Positions 1 through 8,299 of a DNA stretch of 64,000 nucleotides are shown in pieces. The notes beneath the pieces are model-generated. The model was not told the origin of the DNA, did no database searches, and saw only the letters and a program-made list of their open reading frames with translations. This DNA comes from an uncultured Hyphomicrobiales bacterium (GTDB taxonomy: Bacteria; Pseudomonadota; Alphaproteobacteria; Rhizobiales; Xanthobacteraceae): positions 13,054 to 77,053 of the forward strand of contig CAZNSG010000329.1 of NCBI GenBank assembly GCA_964575715.1. Reading direction: 5' to 3'. How positions within the stretch are numbered: the first letter of the stretch is position 1; each line of letters starts with the position of its first letter. A program made the position numbers and the translations under genes.

Positions 1-222
1 GTTTGCCCCCTTGCTGGACGAGTCCGCTCTCGATCCCCATGCGACCGCATTTGCATGGGCGCCTGATGGGCGCCTGCATGACTTGGGATCGTCATGCCGG
101 CTCAGGCTGCACTCGATCATCGCGACGGTGGCCAGGTCCCGCGGGGGGTAGGCCTGGAACGAATGCATCGGTAGATAATCTGATGGACAGCTAAGGAGGA
201 AATATCAGTTGCACATTGGCGC

Positions 223-239
223 GATAGCCGATCGCTATC
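223..239. promoter_or_regulatory. Dyad GATAGC-N5-GCTATC (ATAG-N7-CTAT, T-N11-A type), copy 1, upstream of the DUF302 gene
   Basis: Read directly: gatagc-cgatc-gctatc. It lies 158 nt upstream of ATG 397. Confidence 0.5.
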
Positions 240-396
240 GCCGCGCTTGGCGTGACGATTTCGTTATTCATTGCCTTCGATACGCGTCAGCTATTGATAT
301 GAAAGTCCGCGTGTGATTTCGAATTCGCCATTCCTGATGCATTCTGAAGTCGAAACTTGCGCAATGACGCGCAAGTCAACGCAGAGGAATGGATTC

Positions 397-879
397 ATGT
401 TCACCAAAGCAAAATTCTTGCGCTTTCCCGCCGCCGCGGTGATTGCGCTCACGCTGGCATTTGCGGGTGACGCAAGCGCTTCGTCCAAGGACGGTATCGT
501 CCGCGTCAAGAGCGCCTACAACTTCACCGATACGGTCGCTCGCCTGAAAGCTGACATCGCCGCAAAGGGCATCATGTTCTTCAGTGAGATTGATCAGTCA
601 AAGTTGGCGGCCGATGCGGGCATCAAGTTGCAGCCATCGACACTGCTGGTGTTTGGCAATCCGCCGCTTGGGACGCAATTCATCACGGCGAATGCAAATT
701 CCGGCTTGGACTGGCCCGTGCGGTTGCTGGTTACCGAGGATGATTCGGGTACGGTGAGAACAATCTATACCGATTTCAATTGGATTGCCGTCCGTCATGG
801 AATCAAGAATCGGAAGGCGCAATTCAAGAAAGCATCCGAGGTCATCGCGTCCATCACGTCGAGCGTGAAGACGAAATGA
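397..879 (+). CDS. Exported DUF302-domain protein
   Basis: ORF 313..879. ATG 397 is preceded by AGAGGA. Signal peptide MFTKAKFLRFPAAAVIALTLAFAGDASA. DUF302-like core (LLVFGNP..G....DWPVRLLV). Confidence 0.75.
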   Translation: MFTKAKFLRFPAAAVIALTLAFAGDASASSKDGIVRVKSAYNFTDTVARLKADIAAKGIMFFSEIDQSKLAADAGIKLQPSTLLVFGNPPLGTQFITANANSGLDWPVRLLVTEDDSGTVRTIYTDFNWIAVRHGIKNRKAQFKKASEVIASITSSVKTK

Positions 880-962
880 GCGGCCGTTCGCGGTGCCGGC
901 TCCGAGCCGATGGGCCATGGTCCCGTCATTTGGAGCCGGCGCCTGCGGACTTCGAACAAGAA

Positions 963-979
963 CATAGCGCAGCGCTATC
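963..979. promoter_or_regulatory. Dyad CATAGC-N5-GCTATC, copy 2, upstream of the cupin gene
   Basis: Read directly: catagc-gcagc-gctatc. It lies 99 nt upstream of ATG 1078. Confidence 0.45.
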
Positions 980-1077
980 GAGTCGAGAGCAACCAGGTAT
1001 TTCCTTCAAAAACACGCGTGGTCCATGATCGCAATTACTGCGGCGGCCAGAAGTGAAGCTGCAGCGAAACAGAGGAG

Positions 1078-1569
1078 ATGAAAATGTTCAATCGCAAGAT
1101 CAACAGTGGCTGGCTTCGTACAATCGCCGCCGTCGCTTTCGTCGCGTCCACCGGATTCGCACTCAACGCTCAGGCCGGTGAATGCCCCGTAGACAAAAGG
1201 AAGGTCGATGCCCGGCAACCCGTGAGCCTGCCTGCCAATGGCGTGACCGATACGACGCTGGGATCAATCGATCTCGGCAAGGAAATGGCAAAGATCACGG
1301 GTCGCGAATTGCGCTTCCGGAAACTGGTCATCAAACCGGGCGGCGTTGTGCCATGGCACAGCCACGACGATCGTCCTGCGCTCATCTTCGTTGCGCGGGG
1401 CACGATCCTGGAATATGCCAGCAATTGCGCGGCGCCGATTGTCCACAAAGCCGGCGAGGTCAGCACAGAGACCCTCGGAACGTCGCACTGGTGGAAGAAC
1501 CTTGGAAACAAGACGGTCGTATTGTACGTCGCCGACGTTCGCCGCGACCCGAATGACAAACATATGTGA
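1078..1569 (+). CDS. Exported cupin-domain protein
   Basis: 163-aa ORF with an N-terminal signal peptide. Cupin motif PWHSHDDRPALIFVARGT...HWWKN. The start could be the second ATG at 1084. Confidence 0.7.
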   Translation: MKMFNRKINSGWLRTIAAVAFVASTGFALNAQAGECPVDKRKVDARQPVSLPANGVTDTTLGSIDLGKEMAKITGRELRFRKLVIKPGGVVPWHSHDDRPALIFVARGTILEYASNCAAPIVHKAGEVSTETLGTSHWWKNLGNKTVVLYVADVRRDPNDKHM

Positions 1570-1768
1570 CGGTTGCTGTCCGCCCCTCCCCCAGCCCGTC
1601 GCATCGTGACGCCCCGTATCCCCCCATACGGGGCGTCCCCCTTTGGCAATGGCCGTTATATTTTTTGCTCCTGCAAAGCCCAGCCTTGCTGCACTCAAAG
1701 GGCTATAATTAATAACATTATCAATGTCTTATTGATCGTCACCGCCGCATTCACTAAAAGTCGCATAT

Positions 1769-1785
1769 CATAGACCATCGCTATC
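1769..1785. promoter_or_regulatory. Degenerate dyad CATAGA-N5-GCTATC, copy 3, upstream of peroxiredoxin-like gene 1
   Basis: Read directly: cataga-ccatc-gctatc. It lies 83 nt upstream of ATG 1868. Confidence 0.35.
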
Positions 1786-1867
1786 ATCCCAGCGCATATA
1801 TTAGAGGCGGTATCGATTTTTCGTTGTGATTCATCATACGGAGTTCCGGAGAAAGGGCCGATCGCAT

Positions 1868-2569
1868 ATGACTTCCCATATTGTGGCTGCCGACATACGT
1901 CAGGCCTTCGAACAGGTCCGCGATATGGATGCATCCATGGGCGAGCGTCTCAAGGCCTTTGCCGATGCTATCCGTAATCTGCATCCGAGCGCGGCGGCGA
2001 TCGCCGATCGCATAGTCAATCGCCTTAAGGAGCACGGTGCCGGCGATGCCGCTCCGAAGGTCGGCGATTTAATGCCACCGTTCATTCTGCCTGATGAATC
2101 AGGTCGATTGGTCAGTCTGCAAGAGATGCTGGCCAATGGACCGGTGATTGCGACGTTTCACCGGGGGCATTGGTGCCCATATTGCCGCATCAGCATCAAT
2201 GCCTTGGCCGAAGCACAGGAGAAAATCAAGAATCTCGGCGCACATATGGTAGCAATTATTCCGGAGCGCGGTCAATTTGCCGCCGAAATGAAACTCGACT
2301 CCAATGTAAGGTTTCCCATCCTGACCGACATGGATAATGGCTATGCGCTCATGCTGAATCTTACTTTTTGGGTCGGTACCGAGGTGCAGCAATTTATGAC
2401 CTCGCTCGGGCGAGATCTGCCTGAATATCAGGGCAATGAAAGCTGGATGCTCCCGATACCGGCAACATTCGTTGTCGGCAAGGACGGGCGCATTAAAGCT
2501 CGTTTTGTCGATCCCGATTATCGCAAGCGTATGGCGATTGAAGAGTTGATCGGCTGTCTGAAACAATAA
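1868..2569 (+). CDS. AhpC/TSA-family (peroxiredoxin-like) thiol oxidoreductase with a WCPYC motif, paralog 1
   Basis: ORF 1826..2569, using internal ATG 1868. Motifs PPFILPDESGRLVSL, FHRGHWCPYC, PATFVVGKDG. No signal peptide. Confidence 0.75.
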   Translation: MTSHIVAADIRQAFEQVRDMDASMGERLKAFADAIRNLHPSAAAIADRIVNRLKEHGAGDAAPKVGDLMPPFILPDESGRLVSLQEMLANGPVIATFHRGHWCPYCRISINALAEAQEKIKNLGAHMVAIIPERGQFAAEMKLDSNVRFPILTDMDNGYALMLNLTFWVGTEVQQFMTSLGRDLPEYQGNESWMLPIPATFVVGKDGRIKARFVDPDYRKRMAIEELIGCLKQ

Positions 2570-2596
2570 GTATTCCGTCGGCGGTCGCATTGACTC

Positions 2597-3484
2597 CTAT
2601 GCGGACTTGCGAGACCAGTTTGCCGCGCGCAGCAGTTTCATTAATGTCGATGCCACGGTCGTCCGCTGCCGGCCGGCGACGCCGTACAGATAGACCGTTC
2701 GATGCAAGTCCGCGCCCTTGACGGGCGCGCGTACTATACTTTGCGGGCAGGTAATGCTCCTTGGAAGGAACCCGATTCCTATATTGGCTTCCAACAGCGC
2801 AATCAAATCCTGGTCCGACGACACTTCATGACTGTGATCTGCGTTAAGACCATTATTACGCAGGATCAGCATGAGCTCAGCGTAATTTTCCCAGTGACTC
2901 CCCATAAGAAATCGCTCGAGCTTGAGATCCTCAAAATGAATGCCCTCTTGGTTGGCTAGCCGATGCACCCGGTTAAATGCCACATCGAAAGAATCGTCGA
3001 AAAGTTTCCAACGATCGAGACGATCCCAGGTATCGCCGATCGAGGCAGCAATAGCGAGTTCAGCATCGCCGGACTTAAGATACTCGACAATTTGCGGTCC
3101 AGTGCCTCGTAGAATTTTCAACTCGATGTCGCTGAGATTTTTCTTGAGTTCGCTCACTTGAGACAAGATCTGGCCAAGCTCAATAGTATTCGATACCGCG
3201 ATTTTGAGCGCACCAACTTCGCCCTTATTGACCAATGTCGCAAGCGATCGCGCACTCACGGCACTCTCGTAACATTGCTTCAGATGTGGAAAAATTTGTT
3301 CTCCGAGCGGAGTCAGCATGGCGCGCGGCCGCTCACGGCGAAACAAATCGCCACCGAGTTCGCCCTCAAGCAGCTTGATGGCGCGCGTCAGCGATGGCTG
3401 TGCGACATTGCATTCCTCGGCAGCCCGGGTGAAATTCAACGTCTGGGCGACGGCCAAGAAATATCGGACTTGATGCATTTCCAT
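2597..3484 (-). CDS. LysR-family transcriptional regulator
   Basis: 295 aa. N-terminal HTH MEMHQVRYFLAVAQTLNFTRAAEECNVAQPSLTRAIKLLE, followed by a LysR substrate-binding region. Confidence 0.9.
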   Translation of the reverse strand: MEMHQVRYFLAVAQTLNFTRAAEECNVAQPSLTRAIKLLEGELGGDLFRRERPRAMLTPLGEQIFPHLKQCYESAVSARSLATLVNKGEVGALKIAVSNTIELGQILSQVSELKKNLSDIELKILRGTGPQIVEYLKSGDAELAIAASIGDTWDRLDRWKLFDDSFDVAFNRVHRLANQEGIHFEDLKLERFLMGSHWENYAELMLILRNNGLNADHSHEVSSDQDLIALLEANIGIGFLPRSITCPQSIVRAPVKGADLHRTVYLYGVAGRQRTTVASTLMKLLRAANWSRKSA

Positions 3485-3510
3485 TCGCCGGCCCCCGCCC
3501 CCAGTGAGCC

Positions 3511-4833
3511 TTAACTCGCCCTTGAACGCAACTCTGGCTTCTCATGCATACGCATACTGTCCAGATGCGGCGTAGACAATCCCGTGATGAGCCGGCTGCC
3601 GCGTTGAAACGTAACATAACTCCAGACCCAGTTCAGGGCGACAACAAATCGATTCCTAAAACCGATCAGGAAGTAGATATGGGCCAAGCTCCAGAGCAAC
3701 CAGGCCGAAAATCCCGAAAGGCGGAGCCGGCCAAACTGAGCAATGGCGCGTTTGCGCCCAATCGTGGCCAAAGTACCAAAATCGCGATAGCGAAATGCAT
3801 GGATGGGCAGGCCACGAGTGCGCGCAATCAGCAGACGGGCAACATAATTCCCTTGCTGTTTAGCGACGGGAGCAACGCCCGGCAACGTGGCTCCGTCGCC
3901 GGTCGAAACGGAAGCCGTATCGCCGATCACAAACACATGGGGGTGGCGGGGTACCGACAAATCAGGATTGACCTTGACCCGGCCGGCGCGGTCGGTTTCC
4001 GCGCCAAGCCAGCGCCCCGCCGGCGAGGCCATCACGCCCGCGGCCCAGATGATCGTCCGGCTCGGAATGAACTCGCCGGCAACGCGGACACCTTCGCAGC
4101 TGCATTCACTGACGGCGGTGCCAAGCCGAACTTCGACACCGAGCATCTCAAGCGAGCGCCGTGCTGACTCTGACAATGATGGATCAAACGGTGTCAAAAC
4201 TCGCGGCGCGGCTTCGACCAAAATAATCTTGGCACAGCGTGGATCGATGGAGCGAAAATCGGAAGCAAGCGCGCGACTGGCCAATTCCGCGATTGCGCCA
4301 GCCATTTCAACTCCAGTCGGACCGCCGCCGACGATGACAAAGGTCAACAACCGGCGCCGCTCAACTGCATCATCCTCGGTCTCGGCTTTTTCAAAGGCGA
4401 GCAGGATTCGGCGACGCAAGTAGGTGGCGTCGTCAAGCGTCTTCAAGCCGGGCGCATAGGTCGCCCAATCGTCGCGACCAAAATAGGCATGCCGGACTCC
4501 GGTCGCGATGATCAGGTAATCGTACGAAATCCGTCGTTCATCCGCGAGCACTTGTCTTCGCTTTAAATCGACTCCGGTCACATCGGCGAGAATAACCTTG
4601 ACGTTCTCCTGGCCACGCAAGATGGCTCGGATTGGCGAAGCAATATCGGCCGGCGATAGGCCTGCGGTTGCCACTTGATAAAGCAGCGGCTGGAACAGGT
4701 GATGATTGTTGCGGTCGATCAGCGTGATTTCGAATGGCTGCCCGGCTAGCCGCTTAGCCGCCGATAGACCGCCAAATCCTCCTCCAACGATCACTACATG
4801 AGGTTTGGAATGAGATTGCTGTGCGCTGTTCAT
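3511..4833 (-). CDS. ndh: Type II NADH dehydrogenase (NDH-2), FAD-dependent
   Basis: 440 aa. VVIVGGGFGGLSAA dinucleotide fold, LFQPLLYQVATAGL, a second GGGPTGVE fold, and a C-terminal membrane-anchor-like segment. The start overlaps the upstream stop as ATGA at 4830-4833. Confidence 0.85.
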   Translation of the reverse strand: MNSAQQSHSKPHVVIVGGGFGGLSAAKRLAGQPFEITLIDRNNHHLFQPLLYQVATAGLSPADIASPIRAILRGQENVKVILADVTGVDLKRRQVLADERRISYDYLIIATGVRHAYFGRDDWATYAPGLKTLDDATYLRRRILLAFEKAETEDDAVERRRLLTFVIVGGGPTGVEMAGAIAELASRALASDFRSIDPRCAKIILVEAAPRVLTPFDPSLSESARRSLEMLGVEVRLGTAVSECSCEGVRVAGEFIPSRTIIWAAGVMASPAGRWLGAETDRAGRVKVNPDLSVPRHPHVFVIGDTASVSTGDGATLPGVAPVAKQQGNYVARLLIARTRGLPIHAFRYRDFGTLATIGRKRAIAQFGRLRLSGFSAWLLWSLAHIYFLIGFRNRFVVALNWVWSYVTFQRGSRLITGLSTPHLDSMRMHEKPELRSRAS

Positions 4834-5651
4834 GGTTTTGAACCGGTTTGTGCGGCGACCGCAGGCCTATTGGACCAGCCGAAACCAATGACAATTTCAG
4901 ATGAGATGAGCGTCGTAAGACTGGCTGCAAGGTCGAAGTTAGCCGCTGTTGCCACGGCGCATTCGATGGCAGATGCGACCGTCCTGCCCTGGGAAAGCGC
5001 GTTCAGGAACTCATAATCTCCATCGGACAGCCGCCAGACCACAACTTGCAGATAGGGTCGCGCGATAAGGGCCGACTCCGGTGCCCATTTTTGAATGTCG
5101 TTGGTGTCCCCGTAGTAGTTGGATTCCCAGATGCTAACGAAGGGGAAGCGTGAATTGAGCAACACCACAGATGGATGAAGATTTATCGTCAGCTCCGCGA
5201 GTTGATCTGGGGACAGTGAAGCGAACGCGCTCTTGCCGATCGGCTTTGCATCGGCGGCGTGATAGGCGCGCACGCGGGCTGCCTCCAACTCCGCGATCGT
5301 GGCGAGATATTCCGCCGCAGCGCCGTGCCCGACACTGCGAATGAATTGCGGGAAACTTTTGCCATACTCAAGCAGGATCGGCGATTTCGGGGGCTCTGCC
5401 GTTACATAGAGGCGCACAACCCCGTGAAACGAGTCATCGCCCAGGAGTTTGCGCACAACGGGATATTTTGCCGTGACGGCATTCATCAGCCCCCCGATGA
5501 CGTTATTCCGATAGACGCCGAAGCGGCTTGCGGTTGTCGAGAGCGAGCGGGATTTGAGAAATGCAGAAATTGGCGAGACATCGGAAAAAATCGCGTGCGA
5601 AAACAATCGCTGAATGTCTGCAAGACCAAGCGTGTCCTGAAAGGCATTCAT
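4830..5651 (-). CDS. DUF2063-family protein (BufC-like partner of an MNIO enzyme)
   Basis: ORF 4830..5852. ATG 5651 lies 5 nt after the DUF692 stop. Its position directly downstream of a DUF692 gene is the canonical pairing. Confidence 0.7.
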   Translation of the reverse strand: MNAFQDTLGLADIQRLFSHAIFSDVSPISAFLKSRSLSTTASRFGVYRNNVIGGLMNAVTAKYPVVRKLLGDDSFHGVVRLYVTAEPPKSPILLEYGKSFPQFIRSVGHGAAAEYLATIAELEAARVRAYHAADAKPIGKSAFASLSPDQLAELTINLHPSVVLLNSRFPFVSIWESNYYGDTNDIQKWAPESALIARPYLQVVVWRLSDGDYEFLNALSQGRTVASAIECAVATAANFDLAASLTTLISSEIVIGFGWSNRPAVAAQTGSKP

Positions 5652-5655
5652 GACG

Positions 5656-6567
5656 TTACGCCGCAGCCATTTCTTCGCCGCTTTCGGCATTCGCCAAAAG
5701 AAGCGAGCGAGCGCGTGCCGCCTCGGACGCCAGCACTGCAAATGGCGGGACGTTATTGTCCCACTCGACGAGCGTTGGCGCGAGGTATTGATACGCCAAT
5801 ACCCGACGGTAGAGATCCCAGACTGAACCGCTGATTGGCTTTCCGTGATCATCGATCAGCAGGCGCGCCCCGGAACTGTCGCGGTCCTCGGCAAAGCCAG
5901 CAAGATGAAATTCACCGACAAATTCGATGGGAAAGGCATCGATGTAAGCGGCGGCATCGAAGCCATGATTGACAGCGGAAATAAAAACATTGTTGACGTC
6001 GAGCAGCAATCCGCAGCCGGTCCTGCGCGCAACCGCGCGCAGAAATTCGGTTTCATCCATCGTGTTTGCTTTGAATGTTGTGTAGGTCGATGGATTCTCG
6101 AGCAGCATGCGCATTCCGATGGAGTTCTGCACTTCATCGACATGAGCGCAGATATGCGCCAAGGTTATTTCGTTGTAGGGCAAGGGCAAAAGATCGTTGA
6201 GAAAGGTGCCCTCATGCGTTGACCATGCCAGATGTTCCGAAAACAGTGCTGGCCGATATACGTCGATAAGTCCCTTCAACCGACGTAGATGATCGCGATC
6301 AAGCGGCGCGATGCCGCCAATTGACAAGCCGACGCCGTGAATTGAAATCGGATAATCGGCCCTGATACGGCGGAGCAGATGATGTGGGGGGCCGCCGGCG
6401 CCCATGTAATTCTCCGCATGAATCTCAAAGAAATCGACGCGCGAATGAGCACTAAATATCTCTTCGGCATGCTCGTGTTTGAGCCCGGTTCCGACCGACA
6501 TTGCGCCAAGTCTTGGTGCGTCCCGTCCTGGCGCTCCGGCTTTTGTCGATTTTGATTGCGCTCGCAT
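5656..6567 (-). CDS. DUF692 / multinuclear non-heme iron oxidative enzyme (MNIO; MbnB/BufB-like)
   Basis: 303 aa. TIM-barrel UPF0276-like motifs: GLKHEH, VDFFEIHAENYMG, ISIHGVGLSIG, FSEHLAW, LLLDVNNVF, EFHLAG. Confidence 0.8.
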   Translation of the reverse strand: MRAQSKSTKAGAPGRDAPRLGAMSVGTGLKHEHAEEIFSAHSRVDFFEIHAENYMGAGGPPHHLLRRIRADYPISIHGVGLSIGGIAPLDRDHLRRLKGLIDVYRPALFSEHLAWSTHEGTFLNDLLPLPYNEITLAHICAHVDEVQNSIGMRMLLENPSTYTTFKANTMDETEFLRAVARRTGCGLLLDVNNVFISAVNHGFDAAAYIDAFPIEFVGEFHLAGFAEDRDSSGARLLIDDHGKPISGSVWDLYRRVLAYQYLAPTLVEWDNNVPPFAVLASEAARARSLLLANAESGEEMAAA

Positions 6568-6663
6568 AACTCACCAGCGGTCGATATTGCGGTGCGGGCA
6601 GGGGGAGAAACTGGCGCACATTTTGCGCCGGCTCTCATCGGGATCTATGGACCTTCCGCGCGA

Positions 6664-6954
6664 TCAGGGACGTGCGATCTCCTTGAGGGAGCCGACGCCG
6701 AAGGGAGTCTGCGTGGTCATGCAAGTTCCCTTGTTGACGAGCTTCCAGGCGTTGCCCTGGTAGTCCACTGTCGCGGTCGCGGCACAGGTCGTACCTGCGC
6801 CGGCGGCGCAATCATTTTCACCCTTCAGAGAGATGCCGTAGCATTTCTCCTTGGACGCTGCTTCTGCCGTCGACAATGTGCCGGCCGCTGCAAGCGCCGA
6901 ACCCAGGGCTGCCGCGATCGCCAACGATAATGCAGGATTGAGTCTGTTCGACAT
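6664..6954 (-). CDS. DUF2282-type secreted precursor peptide (bufferin BufA1-like), 4 Cys
   Basis: 96 aa. AAGGAG lies 7 nt upstream of the ATG. Sec signal peptide ends ...STAEA. Core [43 protein letters not shown] matches the DUF2282 Cys pattern. Confidence 0.75.
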   Translation of the reverse strand: MSNRLNPALSLAIAAALGSALAAAGTLSTAEAASKEKCYGISLKGENDCAAGAGTTCAATATVDYQGNAWKLVNKGTCMTTQTPFGVGSLKEIARP

Positions 6955-7051
6955 TTGACTTCTCCTTAATACCCTAGATCGCTTCCCATGAGCGTCGCCG
7001 TATTGTGACGCGCTTCGCTACGATTATGAAATATCATCCGGCAATTGATGC

Positions 7052-7068
7052 GATAGCGTTTAGCTATC
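7052..7068. promoter_or_regulatory. Dyad GATAGC-N5-GCTATC, copy 4, upstream of the precursor gene
   Basis: Read directly: gatagc-gttta-gctatc. It lies 98 nt upstream of ATG 6954 on the minus strand. Confidence 0.5.
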
Positions 7069-7071
7069 CAT

Positions 7072-7281
7072 TTACCGAAGAACCGATTGCCCGTTGATGG
7101 CATGTGCCGATTGCCGCGATGCCTTGATGACGGACTGATCGGCGGTCAGCTTGCTGCCATTACGAAGAGAATCGATCCGTGCGTTGATGCCCGCGATCAT
7201 GACGACGATCCCGGCAATCAAAGAAACTGCTACAATTCGGATATGCGTGTAGCGATCTGCGCCTCGCATTGAATGGTTCAT
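7072..7281 (-). CDS. Small single-pass membrane protein, hypothetical
   Basis: Internal ATG of ORF 7072..7518 with an AAGAGGA RBS. One hydrophobic helix IRIVAVSLIAGIVVMIAGI. I recognise no family. Confidence 0.4.
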   Translation of the reverse strand: MNHSMRGADRYTHIRIVAVSLIAGIVVMIAGINARIDSLRNGSKLTADQSVIKASRQSAHAINGQSVLR

Positions 7282-7514
7282 GGCAACTATCCTCTTAAAG
7301 TCGGAGCAGGCCGAGGTTCGTGGCAAAAATTTAAAATCATCAGGCTCAATTGTATAATGCCGTCTGGCTATTGAACCGATAGAGCGCGGAAATGGTCTGG
7401 TTCGGTGGTCACAGAAAGCCCGTATCGCATTCATGATTTGCCAATGCCGGAGGTATTTTAGACCTTCTCGCACCACGACAATTTGGCACCAAAGAGGGCT
7501 GGATTCGAAAACTT

Positions 7515-8234
7515 TCAACGGCGTTTTTGCAGCTTTTTGAGCCCCGCGATGATTGCCTCGGGCTCCATGCGCTCGCGAAACTCGACGTTGAGCTGCCGCG
7601 CTTTCACCATTCCATCCTGGTCGACAATGAACTTTGCGGCAATTGGAAGAAAATAACTTTGATTGCCGTGGTAGTGCTCCAATTCAATCCCAACATCATC
7701 GTAAAGTCGCTTGATTTCAGCGCCAACCCAATGGACCAATCCAAGCGAAAGCGAATAACCCAGATCGATGTCGCTCAGGATCGGGAATGGAAGATCGTTA
7801 AGTTCAACGGAACTTTTGGTGAATTGCGCATTGTCCGGCATGATAGAGACAATCTGCGCGCCCAGCTTCTCGATTTGTGGATGTATCGCGGCGAGCGAGC
7901 GAAGTTCCAATTTGCAGTACGGGCACCAGTGCCCGCGATTGAAGCTGACGACGACCGGTCCGGATTTCAGCAGTGAATTTAACGATACCAGGCTGCTTTT
8001 CTCATCGGGCAAAAGAAATGGCGGCAATTGCTCGCCGATTTTCGGTCCGATTTCGCCGCGATCAAGCACGCCGAGACGGGTTATCAGCTGTTCGTAAGGC
8101 TTGACGAATTGGGGTCGCAGCCGACTGCTCTGCTCGCGATAGGCTGACAATCGGAGATTGAGCGAATCAAATTGGTTTCCGTTTCGCGTAAATACGTCGG
8201 CCGATGTTTCCGAAGGGGTATCAGGTTTGCTCAT
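7515..8234 (-). CDS. AhpC/TSA-family (peroxiredoxin-like) thiol oxidoreductase with a WCPYC motif, paralog 2
   Basis: ORF 7515..8285, using ATG 8234. PPFLLPDEKSSLVSL, FNRGHWCPYC, AAKFIVDQDG. Collinear with the 1868..2569 protein. Confidence 0.75.
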   Translation of the reverse strand: MSKPDTPSETSADVFTRNGNQFDSLNLRLSAYREQSSRLRPQFVKPYEQLITRLGVLDRGEIGPKIGEQLPPFLLPDEKSSLVSLNSLLKSGPVVVSFNRGHWCPYCKLELRSLAAIHPQIEKLGAQIVSIMPDNAQFTKSSVELNDLPFPILSDIDLGYSLSLGLVHWVGAEIKRLYDDVGIELEHYHGNQSYFLPIAAKFIVDQDGMVKARQLNVEFRERMEPEAIIAGLKKLQKRR

Positions 8235-8299
8235 GTACGCCTCGTGCGTGCGACCAGCAGATAGCGTTGCTGCGAAAAACAGCAAGTATCACGACGGCG

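Noticed and set aside
3-194. 63-aa plus-strand ORF at the window edge, and a possible minus-strand gene start near 167 that runs out of the window
   Set aside because: No recognisable motifs, no RBS, and too little sequence to judge either frame.
2597-3484. Identification of the LysR protein as OxyR, because the operator matches ATAG-N7-CTAT
   Set aside because: The protein lacks the conserved OxyR GHCLRDQ...C redox-Cys segment; the corresponding region reads MGSHWENYAELML. It is called only a generic LTTR.
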